From Takakia lepidozioides (Eukaryota > Plantae > Bryophyta), in contig CM060732.1 of assembly GCA_030704615.1 (NCBI GenBank), positions 11,780,001-11,844,000 on the forward strand: 64,000 nt of DNA, in the 5' to 3' direction. The position numbers were made by a program, and so were the translations under genes. The number at the start of each line of letters is the position of its first letter. Within the stretch, counting starts at the first letter, position 1. Below are positions 13,401-26,760 of this stretch, one piece after another. Below the pieces are notes generated by a model that had not been told where the DNA came from, searched no databases, and worked only from the letters and a program-made list of their open reading frames with translations.

Positions 13401-14234
13401 ACTCACTGAAGTCTTGCATTATGAGGATCAGAACTGCTTGGCAGCTTACTTGCACAAGGCCTTGACCCTTAGACAATCCCCAGAGCACAGTAGCTTTTGG
13501 GCTGCTTTTTACTTTGTGTTTTCATTTTGTCCCATAAGCTCTTTGAGCTTTCCGCAGATGTAATAAAGTTCCATTTTGTTTCATTTCATTTTGTTTCATG
13601 GCATGTCTTTCATCGTTTGTGCATTTCTAATGCATGATTAGTCTCTTGTATGGCATTACATGCGTATGTATAGTCGACTCACTAAACACCAAAACTCCCA
13701 AGCATGAATCACTATGAATGATTGTTCAAGTAATTTCGAGCACTTCATTTAAAATAGTAAAAGCAGTGGTTGCGCCAACTTCCGCAGTCGCAATTACCAC
13801 TAGGCATGTAGCATTGCAAGTTATGTGGTCTACTACCACGTGGCGCCCAGGGCCCATGGCCACGTGGCAGCAATGCTGCTCGTCGTGGCGCCGCCACGTC
13901 GGCGTCCACATCGTCGTCCTGCCGCGTCCATGTGTCACCGCGCTCGGTGAGTCGGTCCACTCATCGGAGGGAAAAGTCAAAGTCAATCCAAAAGGTCAGA
14001 CACACGGGCGGCCCGCCTGGTTACGCCACGTGGTTCTTCAGCATTAATCGCTTAATCGCTGAGCAGTTGTTCGCCCGTCTGCGTCCTTTGCCACTCCAAT
14101 CATTGGATGTCCAACCCAACTACCACGTCTGTTGTAACTAGTCGTTTGTAACTTCCAGGTTGATCCAGTTTTTGACTTTTATGACTCAAAATGAGTCGTT
14201 ACCCCAGTGGTAAATGACACGAATGCTTCTAGTG

Positions 14235-15368
14235 ATTCCAGGTCAGTCATATCATGAAAGCACCATAGTTTGCACCATCATCTCAAAAATTCATTTCAAA
14301 CTCATTTCAAAAACCAGATTGCAGGTTTGGTTTGAAGTTGATGTTTTAGAACCAAGATACAAGCAAGATTCTTAAAAATGAAGAAGAAACAACAGGGTTG
14401 AGCCCCCTTAAGCAGGTATAGGCCTGGAATGGTATTTTAAAGCCTCATAAAATAGCTCTGCCAAGGTGAAAGAGCAGCTCAGAAACCCCTGTTTGTTATC
14501 AAGCCATGAAACCAAAATGATATGAGGGCCTTGAAGAATGTGTGTTATCTATCAAGCCTATCCTTTTGATCCATCAGAGTCATACCAAGAAGTTTCATTT
14601 TAGAGCCAAGTATCAAAGCAGTCAGAGTAATAACTGCTATTTTGTACCCTTGTACCCTTCATAGCTTAATTCCTACACATGCAAATGTGGTTGTAAAAAA
14701 CCAGAAACAGGGATAAGGAGAGAAGCAGATCTCATTGGAGCTGCTTGGAGCAGGTCTGAAGCGGCATGCATGGTGGCAGTTTGAAACAGCAAATGGCATC
14801 AACAGCCTAGGCAGCAGCAGTATCCACATTTGCAAGAACAGGAGCTGCAAGCTTCAAGAAATCAAGACAAGTGAAGACCCTCACCTGTGCCCGTCCCAAA
14901 AATCACCACATAGCGATGTGTGTTAGTGAGGATGCAGCAGGTGAGTGGCAGGTCTTCACAGTTGCTATCCATGTCAGTGTTGAATTCTAAAGCATGTACA
15001 GATCACAATTCAAGCAAGGGTAAACTCAAAAAACCTTGAGTGTTTGTGGTATGCCCTGCGCCATGGTGTCCAACAGATCGTCTCCAACAGAACGCAATCA
15101 AAGTAGAAGCGTTCACAGATAGAGAATGGCTCATACAAAAAGAGAGCAACATCTAATCTGTAGATAAATAGGGATAGAGTACTTCCCAACGAGGAGTAAA
15201 AGCACCGCTGCAAAATAAAGAACCATGAGTTTCTGAGCAAAGCGATCACCGCTTTGTCGTCTGCCAGAGAGGAATCTGCCTAACTGCCAATGCGCATCCC
15301 AAGAGCCAGCCATCACGAGTACCATGTAGCAGCAAGGGAGCAGGTTATACGGCGCATCATCAAGGTTC
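14235..15368. repeat. Dispersed duplicated segment; paralog at ~22754-22850 plus 23660-24710
   Basis: Near-identical sequence and ORF translations (14659-14850 vs 23993-24190; 15010-15325 vs 24401-24704). Confidence 0.85.
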
Positions 15369-15419
15369 AGTTACTCCCCCCCCCCCCCCCACATTCTTTT
15401 TTTTTCTTTGTTGCCCCCT

Positions 15420-15990
15420 CTCTTGGGGAAACAAAAGGGACAGATCCTACCTCTGTCAGGGACTTACGTTGGTAGTAAGACTTACCTTCACATATAGAAT
15501 TAATCCGGGTTTTCCAGATATCCTCTACAAATCCCTTCACACAAGCATCAATCTGCTGTGTGTGAGTTGCCCAAAAACTAGGCCTCAGAAGGGGCTGGGC
15601 TTTTGGCTTAGCCTCGACTTTTTCAAAGTTAGTAAACAGAGGTACATGCACAATTCCCTTGATAGATTTGAAGAGAGTGTTTCTTTGGTGAGAGAACCCC
15701 GGACAGTGTATCAGAAAATGAATAATGTCTTCAGGTTGCCCACAGACATGGTTGGACACTACAGCGTCTAAGTCAGATTTATCCAGCAGGGTGGAGACTT
15801 GCGGTTCCAGGTCCAGGTCCTGGAGAATCTCTTCTACTGTCTTCTACCAGGACTTAGCCTGTTTGACAGATCGGTGGGCGGTCCTGTTTCCAAGATATAG
15901 AGTCGATTAACTTAGGATATTTGGTGTTGGACATATGTTGCAGCTGAACCCACCATCTGACCTTGAATTTATCTTGTCGGGAGCTTAAAA
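15420..15990 (-). mobile_element. LINE-like 3' remnant, copy 2 (internally deleted)
   Basis: CGQPEDIIHFLIHCPGFSHQRNTLFKSIKG; homologous to the other copies. Confidence 0.55.
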
Positions 15991-17780
15991 GAGAGCAGCA
16001 CAGAAGAGAGGGAAGATACTTTTTGTCATGTCAAGACAAAGACAGGACCCCTAAGGTCGTTGTCATGAAAGAATAAATAGACATATCAGCCACTTAACAG
16101 TGGCACCATCCATCAATCATCAAGCTTATAAATCCAGAATTACTTTATATTTACCTTGTTGTGTCATGAGCTTTGATTTTCAGCTGTAGCAAGAAATAAA
16201 GGTATAGGGATGTTCTGGAAAACTTACCAGACATATCCACATCCCCTGTGGGGGCAAGCTGTACTGCACACCAGTCTAAACAAATACTGGCAATGCAAGG
16301 TATTTAAATCTATGATATCCAAGTGTTCATTTCTTTTCAAGAAAACCCTCCATGACACCCATGGGGTTTTAGTAAGTATGCTTGGATTACAGCTTGCAAA
16401 CAATAAATCTGTATGACTATATGACCTGCAACACATCAAGGCCAAAATATGGCCCAAGTACCCGCCATCCCACCCAGACCTATGTAAGTGTATCATGATC
16501 TTGACTGCATACACATCCTGTGACAGTTATATGATACTGTCAGTATACCCTTCACATCATTCCACATTTGACCATGTCATTACACCATGTCCAGGGGGTA
16601 TTTCCACTTGACCACCCTAGCTGCCTCAAAAACCAGTTACCATTTATATTACTGCCATATTTCAGTGTCAGCCGAATAGCCACAGGCAGAAACTTCATCA
16701 TACCCTGGCCTAAGCATCTAGCTAACAAAGCCATCTGGGCTGGAACATAATAGGGGCCTTTTACCAACAGAGGTAGCCGAGTAGCTGCAGCAACCATTTC
16801 CTTGCAGCCTCTCACTTTGTTTCCAACTACCATAAGGTAAGCAAATCAAACTAGGGCCTGGAAAACAGATGTGTGTCTCTCACACACGCCATCATAAATC
16901 AGGTTGTCACCATATAACAGAGGTTTTCCACTGGCTGGGCCGAACTAGCCCATCATAGAAAACATTACACTTGTTCTTCAAAAATCAAGTAAGGAAAGAG
17001 GTAGGATCAAGAAAAACCATAGAGTAGTTTAGTTTTTCAACATTTTAAGATGAGTCCCTGGCAAGCGATTCCTTCCCCTGCTCTGCAATCCCACTTGGCA
17101 TCCAGCAGCACCTAGACATCAAAATATTAAGTGGAAGCCCTCACCTGTGCCCGTCCCAAAAACAACCACAACGCATTGTGAGTTAGTGAGGATGCACGAG
17201 GTGAGTAGCAGGCTTCCACACTTGCTATCGAGGTCAAATACACTTCAATCTAAGCGCAGAGAATGCCAAAGCAAGCAAGGAAGCAAAACCAACAGAAAAA
17301 GAACATTTTTTACTGTTGGGGGGAGAGTCGCCATCTCTCCACAAGCCTAACCGTGCAGGGAGGACTCCGTCAGCAACACAGCAATGCTACCTTAACCAAA
17401 GCAAGGTCTTGCCAAGCACAAGAAAAAAAGAGCTTGGTCTCAAAAGGTAGGGTTTATAAAGGGAGGGAGAGAAACTTCCTTGTGCCGCCATTCATCAAAG
17501 ATCCAGAGGAGGGCTCCTAGGGAAACGTCATAGGCATGCAGGTGGTACCTCCGCCATCACTGCCGCGGTTCCCTTGTGCAGCAAAAAAACAGACAACTGA
17601 GACATGGAATCTTCCCTCATCTCTAAGCCACCGCCATCGCCTTAAAGAGCCCGCCCAGGCATCGCTCACAGGAGCCATAAACACTCAAGGATTGGCAGCT
17701 CAAGGTATCTGCAGCACGAGCACCATCGCTCTTCACAAGCCGCCATTGCGCGCGCTCTCGCAGCGCAAAAAGAAAGACAT

Positions 17781-19862
17781 TAGGGTTGCGCAGGGTTTTC
17801 CCCTGTCTGGCCCGTCATTCATCCTTCTCAGGATGAAAAACATCCGCCAGTCTGTCCGCCCGACGGACGTTGTCCGTTTCTCATCCGTGGAAGATGAAAG
17901 ACATCGTGCTTTCATCCTGTCTTGCACTCAACGGATGTAGTCCGTATTTCATCTAGGTTAGATGAAAAAACATGGAGGGTTTTTTTACCTGTCTTGCCCT
18001 GTATTTAGGTTCCGTCAGATGAAGTTCTTTTTTCATCCAAGTTGGATTGAAAAAGTAGAAACTGACGGAAGTTTTGCAACTCACCGGTTTTTTTAGTGAA
18101 GAAATATTTCACTAGGATTTTTAAAAAAAAAAATCATTTTGGATTAAAAATATCCAAAATTCCCTGCAACCCAATTTTGCAATTTTTTCCAATTTCCTCA
18201 AAAATGGAAGACGGGACAACAATTCCATAAGCCCAGTGTCTAGAAGGAGAGAGATGGAGAGAGAGGGAGACATCAGGGGGCAACAAAGAAAATAAAAGAA
18301 GGTGGGGGGGGGAGTGACTGAGCAGCTGCTGCTGCTCAGTTACTCCTCCCCCCCCACATTTTTTTTTTCTTTGTTGCCCCTTCTCTTGGGGAAACAAAAG
18401 GGACAGATCCTACCTCTGTCAGGGACTGACGTTGGTAGTAAGACTTACCTTCACATATAGAATCAATCCGGGTTTTCCAGATATTCTCTACAAATCCCTT
18501 CACACAAGCATCAATCTGCTGTGTGTGAGATGCCCAAAAACTAGGCCTCAGAAGGGGCTGGGCTTTTGGCTCAGCCTTGATTTTTTCAAAGTTAGTAAAC
18601 AGAGGTACATGCACAATTCCCTTGATAGATTTGAAGAGAGCGTCTCTTTGGTGAGAGAACCCCGGACAGTGTATCAGAAAATGAGTACTGTCTTCAGATT
18701 GCCCACACAACGGGCAATTGCACTCTCCTTTCCTCTCTGCTTCTGTTTGCTGTTCAAAGGTAGGCTTCCTGCCCTAAGTTTAAATTTCAGTCTAGTGCCG
18801 AGAGTGGGTAGACCCTTGAGGTCATCCAAGATGTCCTCCCCCATGTCACTGACTGGAAACAAGTTCAGGGAAGTTTTTTGCCTAACTTCATTTTCATCAT
18901 ACAATCTCATGGCAACAGACATGGTTGGACACTACAGCCTTTGAGTCAGATTTATCCAACAGGGTGAAGACTTGCGGTTCCAGGTCCAGGTCCTTGAGGA
19001 TATCTTCTACTGTCTTCTGCCAGAACTTAGTCTGTTTGACAGGTCGGTGGGCCGTCCTGTTTCAAAGATATAGAGTCGATTAACTTAGGATATCTGGTGT
19101 TGGACATATGCTGCAGCCTAACCCCACCATCCGACCCTCCCCCCCCCCCCAACCATTTTTTTTCATTGTTGACCCCTCTCTCCCTCTGTCTCCCTCCTCG
19201 GAATTGGCCGGTTGCATCAGTGTTCTTTTCATGATTTTCTATCTATACTAGATGGACTCTAAAAGGTGTTTTCACCCGACTTGTAAAGGTTTTCTATCCA
19301 TACCGGAAGAATCACCTAGGTGGACACTAAAATACCTTTAAAAAGGACCTATAATTTTTCATTCCTCTTTTATTGACTTTCATCTATATGAGCCACCAGA
19401 GAATGAGGAATTACCTCCGTAGGGGTTATGACACTGGCATCCTATCTATAATTTTTCCATCCATGCCGGATGAAAAATACCAAGATTTGAATTCGTTTTA
19501 TTCCTCCTTTATGCCTTTTTTTCCGTACTGGATGAGGCTTTCTCTTAAGGGATGACGAATTACCTGTTAGGATGAGAAACCCCTGCCCTGGATGATGTAT
19601 ACTATTTTTTCATCCTGCTGATGGACCTCATCCAAATAAATGAACCTATTTATTTTTTCATCTGAACCGGATGAAAAAAGCAGCTTATGATGGTTATGGA
19701 GAATTTTTAATTACCTTAATTATTGCTAATTAAGGAGTGAAACCCTAACTCCTACCCTATAATCTACTGTTTAAACCTAGCTAACGGATGACATCCGTCG
19801 GGTTTTTGAGATAAAGGGTATTGATTATTCATCCTCCGGATGAAAAATCGGGCTCTGCCCTA
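17781..19862. mobile_element. Putative hAT-like non-autonomous element with TCATCC/GGATGA subterminal repeats, enclosing a LINE remnant
   Basis: Ends TAGGG...CCCTA; dense TCATCC/GGATGA motifs at 17815-18050 and 19230-19850; a similar end TAGGGCACAACTTCCCGATTTTCATCC at 24755; no convincing TSD. Confidence 0.4.
18385..19135 (-). mobile_element. LINE-like 3' remnant, copy 3
   Basis: ORFs 18674-18922 and 18336-18710 encode LKFKLRAGSLPLN and CGQSEDSTHFLIHCP. Confidence 0.55.
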
Positions 19863-20019
19863 GGGTGTCTCTCCCGCTGTCAGCTGCACTCCTCGTGCTG
19901 CTGTGCTCGCGAGTTATGGCGTCTTAGCTCTGCTGCTACCCTGTCTGCTGCTTCATGCCGGACGAGCTCCAGGGGATGCGCAATGGCGGCGTCTTGTCTC
20001 TTCTCACAGACGGGAGAAC

Positions 20020-20730
20020 CCGTTGTGATGGCATCGTTCCTTTCCCTCCTGTGGCTTTTATGTTTCGCAGCGGCGCTTAGGTGGGGAAGTATATTGCTCT
20101 CTCTCCCTTCTTAAACCTAACATTTGTATGCTTCGCTTCTCCTTAGCTGTGCTGGAGGTGGCGGTTGGTGGCGATGGCGCAGAGTTACCTCCCCAATCGC
20201 TCAAGGTGCTTTTGGTGAAGGGTTCATTTACTTCATATCTTTCTCTCTGTTTTTGGGGTTCTTAGTTGACATCGATAACAAGTGTAGGGGCCACAATCCT
20301 CACTAACCCATTGGTTTTTGTGGGGGCTTGTGATGGGACTAGGTGAGGATCCCTACCTACTTTGAATTCTCTTGAGCTTGCAGATAAGGATATGTGCAAA
20401 AGGAACATACTGCTGCTGCCTGCAGCCCCGATTTTGGCCCGCTTGCTCCCGGTTTGACATGATGATGCTTGCTTTTGACTTATCTTTTGCTGCTGCTGAT
20501 GGAGCACTTCAGCCTGGCAGCCTTGTCTCATGCAGCACTGCATGTGAATCCTACCCTGTCTTGAATCTTTGACAGCTTTGCCTGTGGATTTTTAGACTAG
20601 GTTCCCTTTTTTTGGCCTTAAAAGAGGATGATGGTGTGTGTAAGGGAAAAGTCATAAGTGGCTGTTTGGCTCTAAGGATGAGGAGACCTGAGTTTTGTTA
20701 AAGAAGACAGCCTGATAAGGCAATGACAGG
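20020..20730 (+). repeat. Dispersed ~700-bp repeat; other copies at ~52106-52840 and ~60660-61400
   Basis: Near-identical sequence and ORF translations (20262-20543 vs 52269-52652). Confidence 0.85.
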
Positions 20731-21859
20731 CCGTTTTCAGACCTGGACTTGTTGTGGAATGGAGCATAGTGAGGTTCTATTTGCAAAACATGACATTAGC
20801 CTCCTATGAAACAGTGACAATAAGCTCTAAAGGACTCTGGCCAGTGATTAGTTACTTTATTTTGCCATATGAACAGGCACCTGCATTGTATGATTTATCT
20901 TGGCCAAGTGGGCTTGGTCTTGGGCACTCAAATTGTATCTGTGTCCATATCTGGATGCTGTGACAGGGCAGGCCTTTCTTCCATGCCAAAAATGCCTACA
21001 TGATGCTATCTTGGGGGCAACTGTACATGATGAAGAATGAAGTCGCAGTCAGTCTTGTCATGCCCAAAGTGATCACTTGGTTGCATGTTTGGAGTCTGAT
21101 TTACTGCAGGCTGGACCAGCAAGAGTCCTATGTGCACAGGTCCTGAATATATATAATGACAGGCTGTTCTTACATACCCAGAAGGCCTTGCACGATGCAT
21201 GCTTTGGGGTGCTTACATTTGGCCAAATGTGAAGCTGCAATATGGCTTGCCATGCCCAAGAAGTGTACTTGGTGGCAAGCCCGAAGTGTAATTAATTGCA
21301 GGCTGGTCCTTCCTGCTGCCGGTGTGAACACTCCCTGAATGTGTGTTGTAGGCAGGAGGGCTGTTCTTACCTACTTTGCATACTGCTTGTCTTGGATCAC
21401 CTCAAGGTACTTGTGTATACATATCTTGGATCTGTAATGTGGCAAGATGCTCTTATATGCCCATGATATCTTGCATGGTACATATCTTATGGATAACTAT
21501 GGATGATGTAATCTGAGGCTGCAATCTGACTTATATTGTGCAAGTGGGTCACTTGGGTACATGACAGGAATCTGATTATGAACATACCCCGCCCTCCCAC
21601 CCTGTTTTATCATGACTGAATGGGTGGCGTCACTTGGTGTGTTATGACAAGACTGGAAATGTTAGATGGAGCCCTGTCATGGGGCTGTTTATGTCTTTAA
21701 TTGACAGTGACCCTAGTTGGTCTTGTCATGTCTTGACATGACATGAATATCTTCCCTCTCTCTTTTTAACTTTTTCTGCAGAGGGGTCAACTCTGAGGTT
21801 AAGAAAACCATGCTTTGTCGCATTATTAGACCTGCCTTGGAGTACGGATCTGCAATATG

Positions 21860-22490
21860 GGTTGATAAATCTGACTTAGAGGCTTGTAGTGTCCAAAGCC
21901 ATGTCTGTTGCCATGAGATTGTCTGATGAAAATGAAGTTAGGCAAAAAAACTTCCCTGAACTTGTTTCCAGTCAGTGACATGGGGGAGGACATCTTGGAT
22001 GACCTCAAGGGTCTAACCACTCTCGGCACTAGACTGAAATTTAAACTCAGGGCAGGAAGCCTACCTTGAACAACAGAAACAGAAGGAAAGAGAAGCAGAG
22101 AGGGAAAGGGAGAGTGCAATTGCCGTTGTGTGGGCAATCTGAAGACAATACTCATTTTTTGATACACTGTCCGGGGTTCTCTCACCAAAGTGATGCTCTC
22201 TTCAAATCTATCAAGGGAATTGTGCATGTACCTCTGTTTACCAACTTTGAAAATCTCAAGGCTGAGCCAAAAGCCCAGGCCCTCCTGAGGCCTAGTTATT
22301 GGGCAAGTCACACACAACAGTTGATGCTTGTGTGAAGGGATCTCTAGAGGATATCTGGAAACCTAGATTAATTATATATATGAAGGTAAGTATTACTACC
22401 AACGTCAGCCCCTGACAGAGGCAGGTTCTGTCCTTTTGTTTCCGCTCAAACTGGGCGCGGGGGTCAATGGCCACAAGGCTACGGCAAACA
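21860..22490 (+). mobile_element. LINE-like 3' remnant, copy 4, flanked by ~170-bp imperfect inverted repeats (21590-21760 / 22575-22745)
   Basis: CGQSEDNTHFLIHCPGF; flanks tcttgacatgacatgaatatcttccctctc vs gagagggaagttatacatgtcatgtcaaga. Confidence 0.55.
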
Positions 22491-25169
22491 ACGTCTTATG
22501 AGTACAATCTTTTTAACTTTTTCTGCACCCTCTCTCCATTGTGGTTTGTTTACTTTTGTGAACAGCAAAAAAGAGAGGGAAGTTATACATGTCATGTCAA
22601 GACATGGACAAGACCGCTAAGGTCATTGTCATTGAAAGACAAAACAGCCCTTTACAGGGCACCATCTAACAGTCCCTTTCATGTTTACAATCTCATTTGA
22701 ATACCCCATTAATTTCAGGGGTCTCTGAAAAAACAGGGTGGGAGAGTGGGATTCCAGGTCAATCATATCATGAAAGCACCATAGTTTGCACCATCATTTC
22801 AAAAACTCATTTCAAACTCATTTCAAAAACCAGATTGTAGGTTTGGGGATATTTCCCAGAATCAAGCTCATAGCACTTCAAGTTGAAACAGCCAGCCATT
22901 CATGCCTTAAGTATTTGCAAGTAGACATAACACCTTAGCAAAACAAGTTGTGAAAACCAGATTGCAGGTCGGGGGACAGTCCCCAAGACTCATGCTAAAA
23001 AACAATTCAAGTTGAGTTTGAAACAGTCAGTTCAAACAAATATGCCTTAAGCATTTGCTGGTTTACATCATGTTTCCTCTTGCCCTATTGGCATGGTTCA
23101 AGACATGGTATATATCATGAGGCTGCATGCCAACATCTAGGTTTTGAACAAGTCTTCTCCCTAGAAGCTATTGCTGGCCTGAAGGTGACGTTTCAGTGTC
23201 GTGCCACAAGCAGGAATCATAAAACAAAAGCAAGGCAATTTATCCCAAATTTGCCTGCTATCAGCCCTCAAATTCAGACTGCTATGAGAGCCTTAATGAG
23301 TGTGTGTGTTCCCTAAACAAGGCGCGTACCTGTTGACCAACAGAGTCAAGCTGGGAGGTTTCATTCCAAAGCTAGTTTGGTGATGTATCAATGCTAAACC
23401 ACAAGCAGTAAACATGAAACCTATGCAAGGTTGAGTGTTCCAAAACAGATCTAGGTCTTGAGTGGTATTCCAGAACCTCCAAAGAAACTCAGAAGAACCC
23501 TGCCTGCCAGCATCATGCCAGTCACCTTCCCTGACTGAGCTTTGCAACTGCCTGGTCTACCAACCTGCTTCTTTCAGAGGCCTTTAAATTGAGAGTCTTT
23601 AACGGGCCAAGGCAAACAAAATCCAGGTCTTGAGCATTTCACTTCCCTAAGAAACAGTACTGGTTTGAAGTTGATGTTTCAGAACCAAGATACAAGCAAA
23701 ATTCTTAAAAATGAAGAAGAAACAACAGGGCTGAGCCCCCTTAAGCAGGTATAGGCCTGGAATGGTATTTTAAGGCCTCATAAAATAGCTCTGCTAAGGT
23801 AAAAGAGCAGCTTAGAAACCATTGTTTGGTATCACGCCATGAAACCAAAATGATATGAGGGCCTTGAAGAATGTGTGTTATCTATCAAAGCCTATCCTTT
23901 TGATCCATCAGAGTCATACCAAGAAGTTTCATTTCAGAGCCAAGTATCAAAGCAGCCAGAGTAATAACTGCTATTTTGTACCCTTGTACCCATCATAGTT
24001 TAACTCCTACACATGCAATGTGGTAGTAAAAACCAGAAAAAGAAAGAAACAAGGGTAAGGAGAGAAGCAGATCCTCATTGGAGCCGTCTTGGAGCAGGTC
24101 TGAAGCGGCATGGTGGCAGTTTGAAATAGCAAATGGCATCAACAGCCTAAGCAGCAGCAGTATCCACATTTGCAAGAACAGGAGCTGCAAGCTTCAAGAA
24201 ATCAAGACAAGTGAAGACCCTCACCTGTGCCCGTCCCAAAAATCACCACATAGCGATGTGTGTTAGTGAGGATGCAGCAGGTGAGTGGCAGGTCTTCACA
24301 GTTGCTATCCATGTCAGTGTTGAATTCTAAAGCATGCACAAATCACAATTCAAGCAAGGGTAAACTCAAAAAACCTTGAGTGTTTGTGGTATGCCCTGCG
24401 TCATGGCGTCCACCAGATCGTCTCCAACAGAACGCAATCAAAGTAGAAGCGTTCACAGATAGAGAATAGCTCATACAAAAAGAGAACAACATGAAATCTG
24501 TCGATAAATAGGGATAGAGTACTTCCCAATGAGGAGTAAAAGCGCCGCTGCAAAATAAAGAACCATGAGTTTCTGAGCAAAGCGATCATCGCTTTGTCGT
24601 CTGCCAGAGAGGAATCTGCCTAACTGCCAATGCGCATCCCAAGAGCCAGCCATCACGAGTACCATGTAGCAGCAGGGGAGTAGGTTTACACGGCGCATCA
24701 TCAAGGTTCACTGAAGCACGAGTTCAGTGCTGTGTGAAATGTGTTGGCCTGCTTAGGGCACAACTTCCCGATTTTCATCCAGGGTGGATTGAAAAAATCA
24801 CATTTTATCAAGAGGAAGCACTTTGTCAATGGATGACATCCAATAAAAAGGTATCTTTTAGGGTTATGGTATAGGCTTAGGTTTAATAACTGCCATCATT
24901 TATGATGGTTAGTTTTATTATCTCTTGGATTTTAAAATAGGTAACCATTATTCATGTAGTTCATCCAGTTTAGATGAAAGAAATAGTGGTAAACCAAGCT
25001 TTTCTGTACATTAAGTTTCATCATCCTATAATAATATCATCCAGATATGGATGAAAAAGGTTGGGATGAAAAAACTAAATAACCTCAAAAGGTTAAGGCC
25101 AATGAAATCCAAAGAGTTATAGAGGGAGAGGAGAGAGGAGAGAGGGACAGAGAGGGACAGAGAGAGGAG

Positions 25170-26760
25170 GGAGATGAGGAGGAAACCAAAAAAAAAAAAA
25201 AAAATGGGGGGGGGGGGGGGAGTGACTGAGCCCGTGGTGCTCAGCAGTTGCTGGTGGGTGCTCAGTCAACCCCCCCCCACCTTTTCTTTTCTCTTGTTGC
25301 CCCCTCTCGAGACCTCGAGCACTTGCTGCTCTCAGCCCCCGACATGCTTGGTTTTTTAGTTGTTGATCTGGAATGTAGAGGTTGTTTCCTAATGAGGCCA
25401 ACTTGTGGGGTTTGCATGACAGGTGCCAGCTTATGGGGAAAGAGAAGAAGTCCCCTGCCCCAAAGAAAGGGGCGGACAATCTGTTTGCTCTGCCGGCACG
25501 TGTGACGCGACACAGGGAGTCTCACGGTTAACCAGCCCCGTCGACAGCCGCAGCCGGACGGCTCGTCTGCCCCCGAGGCCAGTACCCCCCTCTTGTCCAC
25601 ATCTTGGATGCGCCAGGGGAGGCTCAACCAGCTCTCCTATTCGGGAGGTTGTTGCTGAGCCGGATGTCAGTTAAGCACACCCCCGGCCACCAAGACGGTG
25701 TGAAATGTACCTTGGCAAGCACATCACCGTTCGGGGGCCCGGTATGGGCACCTTTGGATGTCACCCCCATAGCGACCCCTTCCTCCGCAACAAAGGCTGC
25801 ACTTGCCAAGGCCCAACGTCAGGTTCAAGGGCATTTGAAAGCCTCCATTGCCAGCCCATTGTTGTCGATGAGGGTGGCGGAGACGAGGAGGGCCAATGAA
25901 GTGGCCAAGATAGCGAAGCGCCTCGAAGAAGTCAACCCGGGTGAGGGCTTCTACCCTAATACGCATTTGGGGGGGGGAGAGGAGGAGGGAGGAGGGCCAG
26001 TTCGGAGCAGCCTTAGCCGATCAGCGACACCGCCCCCTGAGCCTGAGCGGTCAGCAAAGAAGGGCCCGACTACGGGGCGGTCACCGCCGACTATGCTCCA
26101 CATCTGGAATCTACTTCCAGTGGCGCTCCGGGAGGGGATAGAGCGGGCACATCCGACAACGGGGACTCCTCCCACATCGGGTGACACCGGGGGCGAGTCG
26201 GACAAGCTTGCAAAGGTACAACTATCGCACTTTGTTCCATGATTTATCCTTCATTTGATGCATGATGTTTCTTTGGTTTGTTTCTTTTTTTGAATTTGGC
26301 AGGGGTTATTTGTCTTCAGGACGGCAGCAACATGGCTGGCCTCATGGTGCAGTCCAGTGGGGTTGCCATGAGGGAGAGAGCACGTGGTGTTCATCAAGGG
26401 CCCGAACACCAAAGGTAAGAAGAAGAGGCCTCGATCTCCCGAGATCCCTTTTACCATCAATGAAGGGGCTGCCGAGGAGAGAGAGAGAAGGAGAGAGAGG
26501 AAGTAGCGGGGAAAGGGAAGGAAAAGAAGAAGAAGAAGAAAAAGAAGTCCCATGGAGAGGAAGGGGTGAGTGTGCATGGGGGGAGGGGAGTGGGGTAGTG
26601 GGGTAACAAAGGAGCAGGGGAAGGAGGCTATACAAAGAAGGGAGAGGGTTAGGATGGCCTTGGCAATACAGGACGTGGAGTTGGCAAAAGATCGTGGTGC
26701 CACGGTGGAGGTGAATCGCTATGGTGACCCATGCGGTGCGTTCTGGGAGGCTATGAAGAA
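25170..26760 (+). repeat. Unclassified ~1.6-kb dispersed repeat; diverged inverted copy at ~53780-55390 (and 62350-64000)
   Basis: Shared translations, e.g. VATPSSAAKAALAKAQGQV, LWNLLPxxLREG, GTPPxSGDxGGESxKxAKV, VVFxKxPNTKGKKKR. Confidence 0.75.

Larger units (their letters stand above)
7611..14234. mobile_element. Non-autonomous (Pack-type) CACTA element, 6624 bp
   Basis: Perfect 19-bp TIRs CACTAGAAGCATTCGTGTC (7611) / GACACGAATGCTTCTAGTG (ending 14234); 3-bp TSD ATT; empty paralogous site GTGGG-ATT-CCAGGTC at ~22746-22760. Confidence 0.92.
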
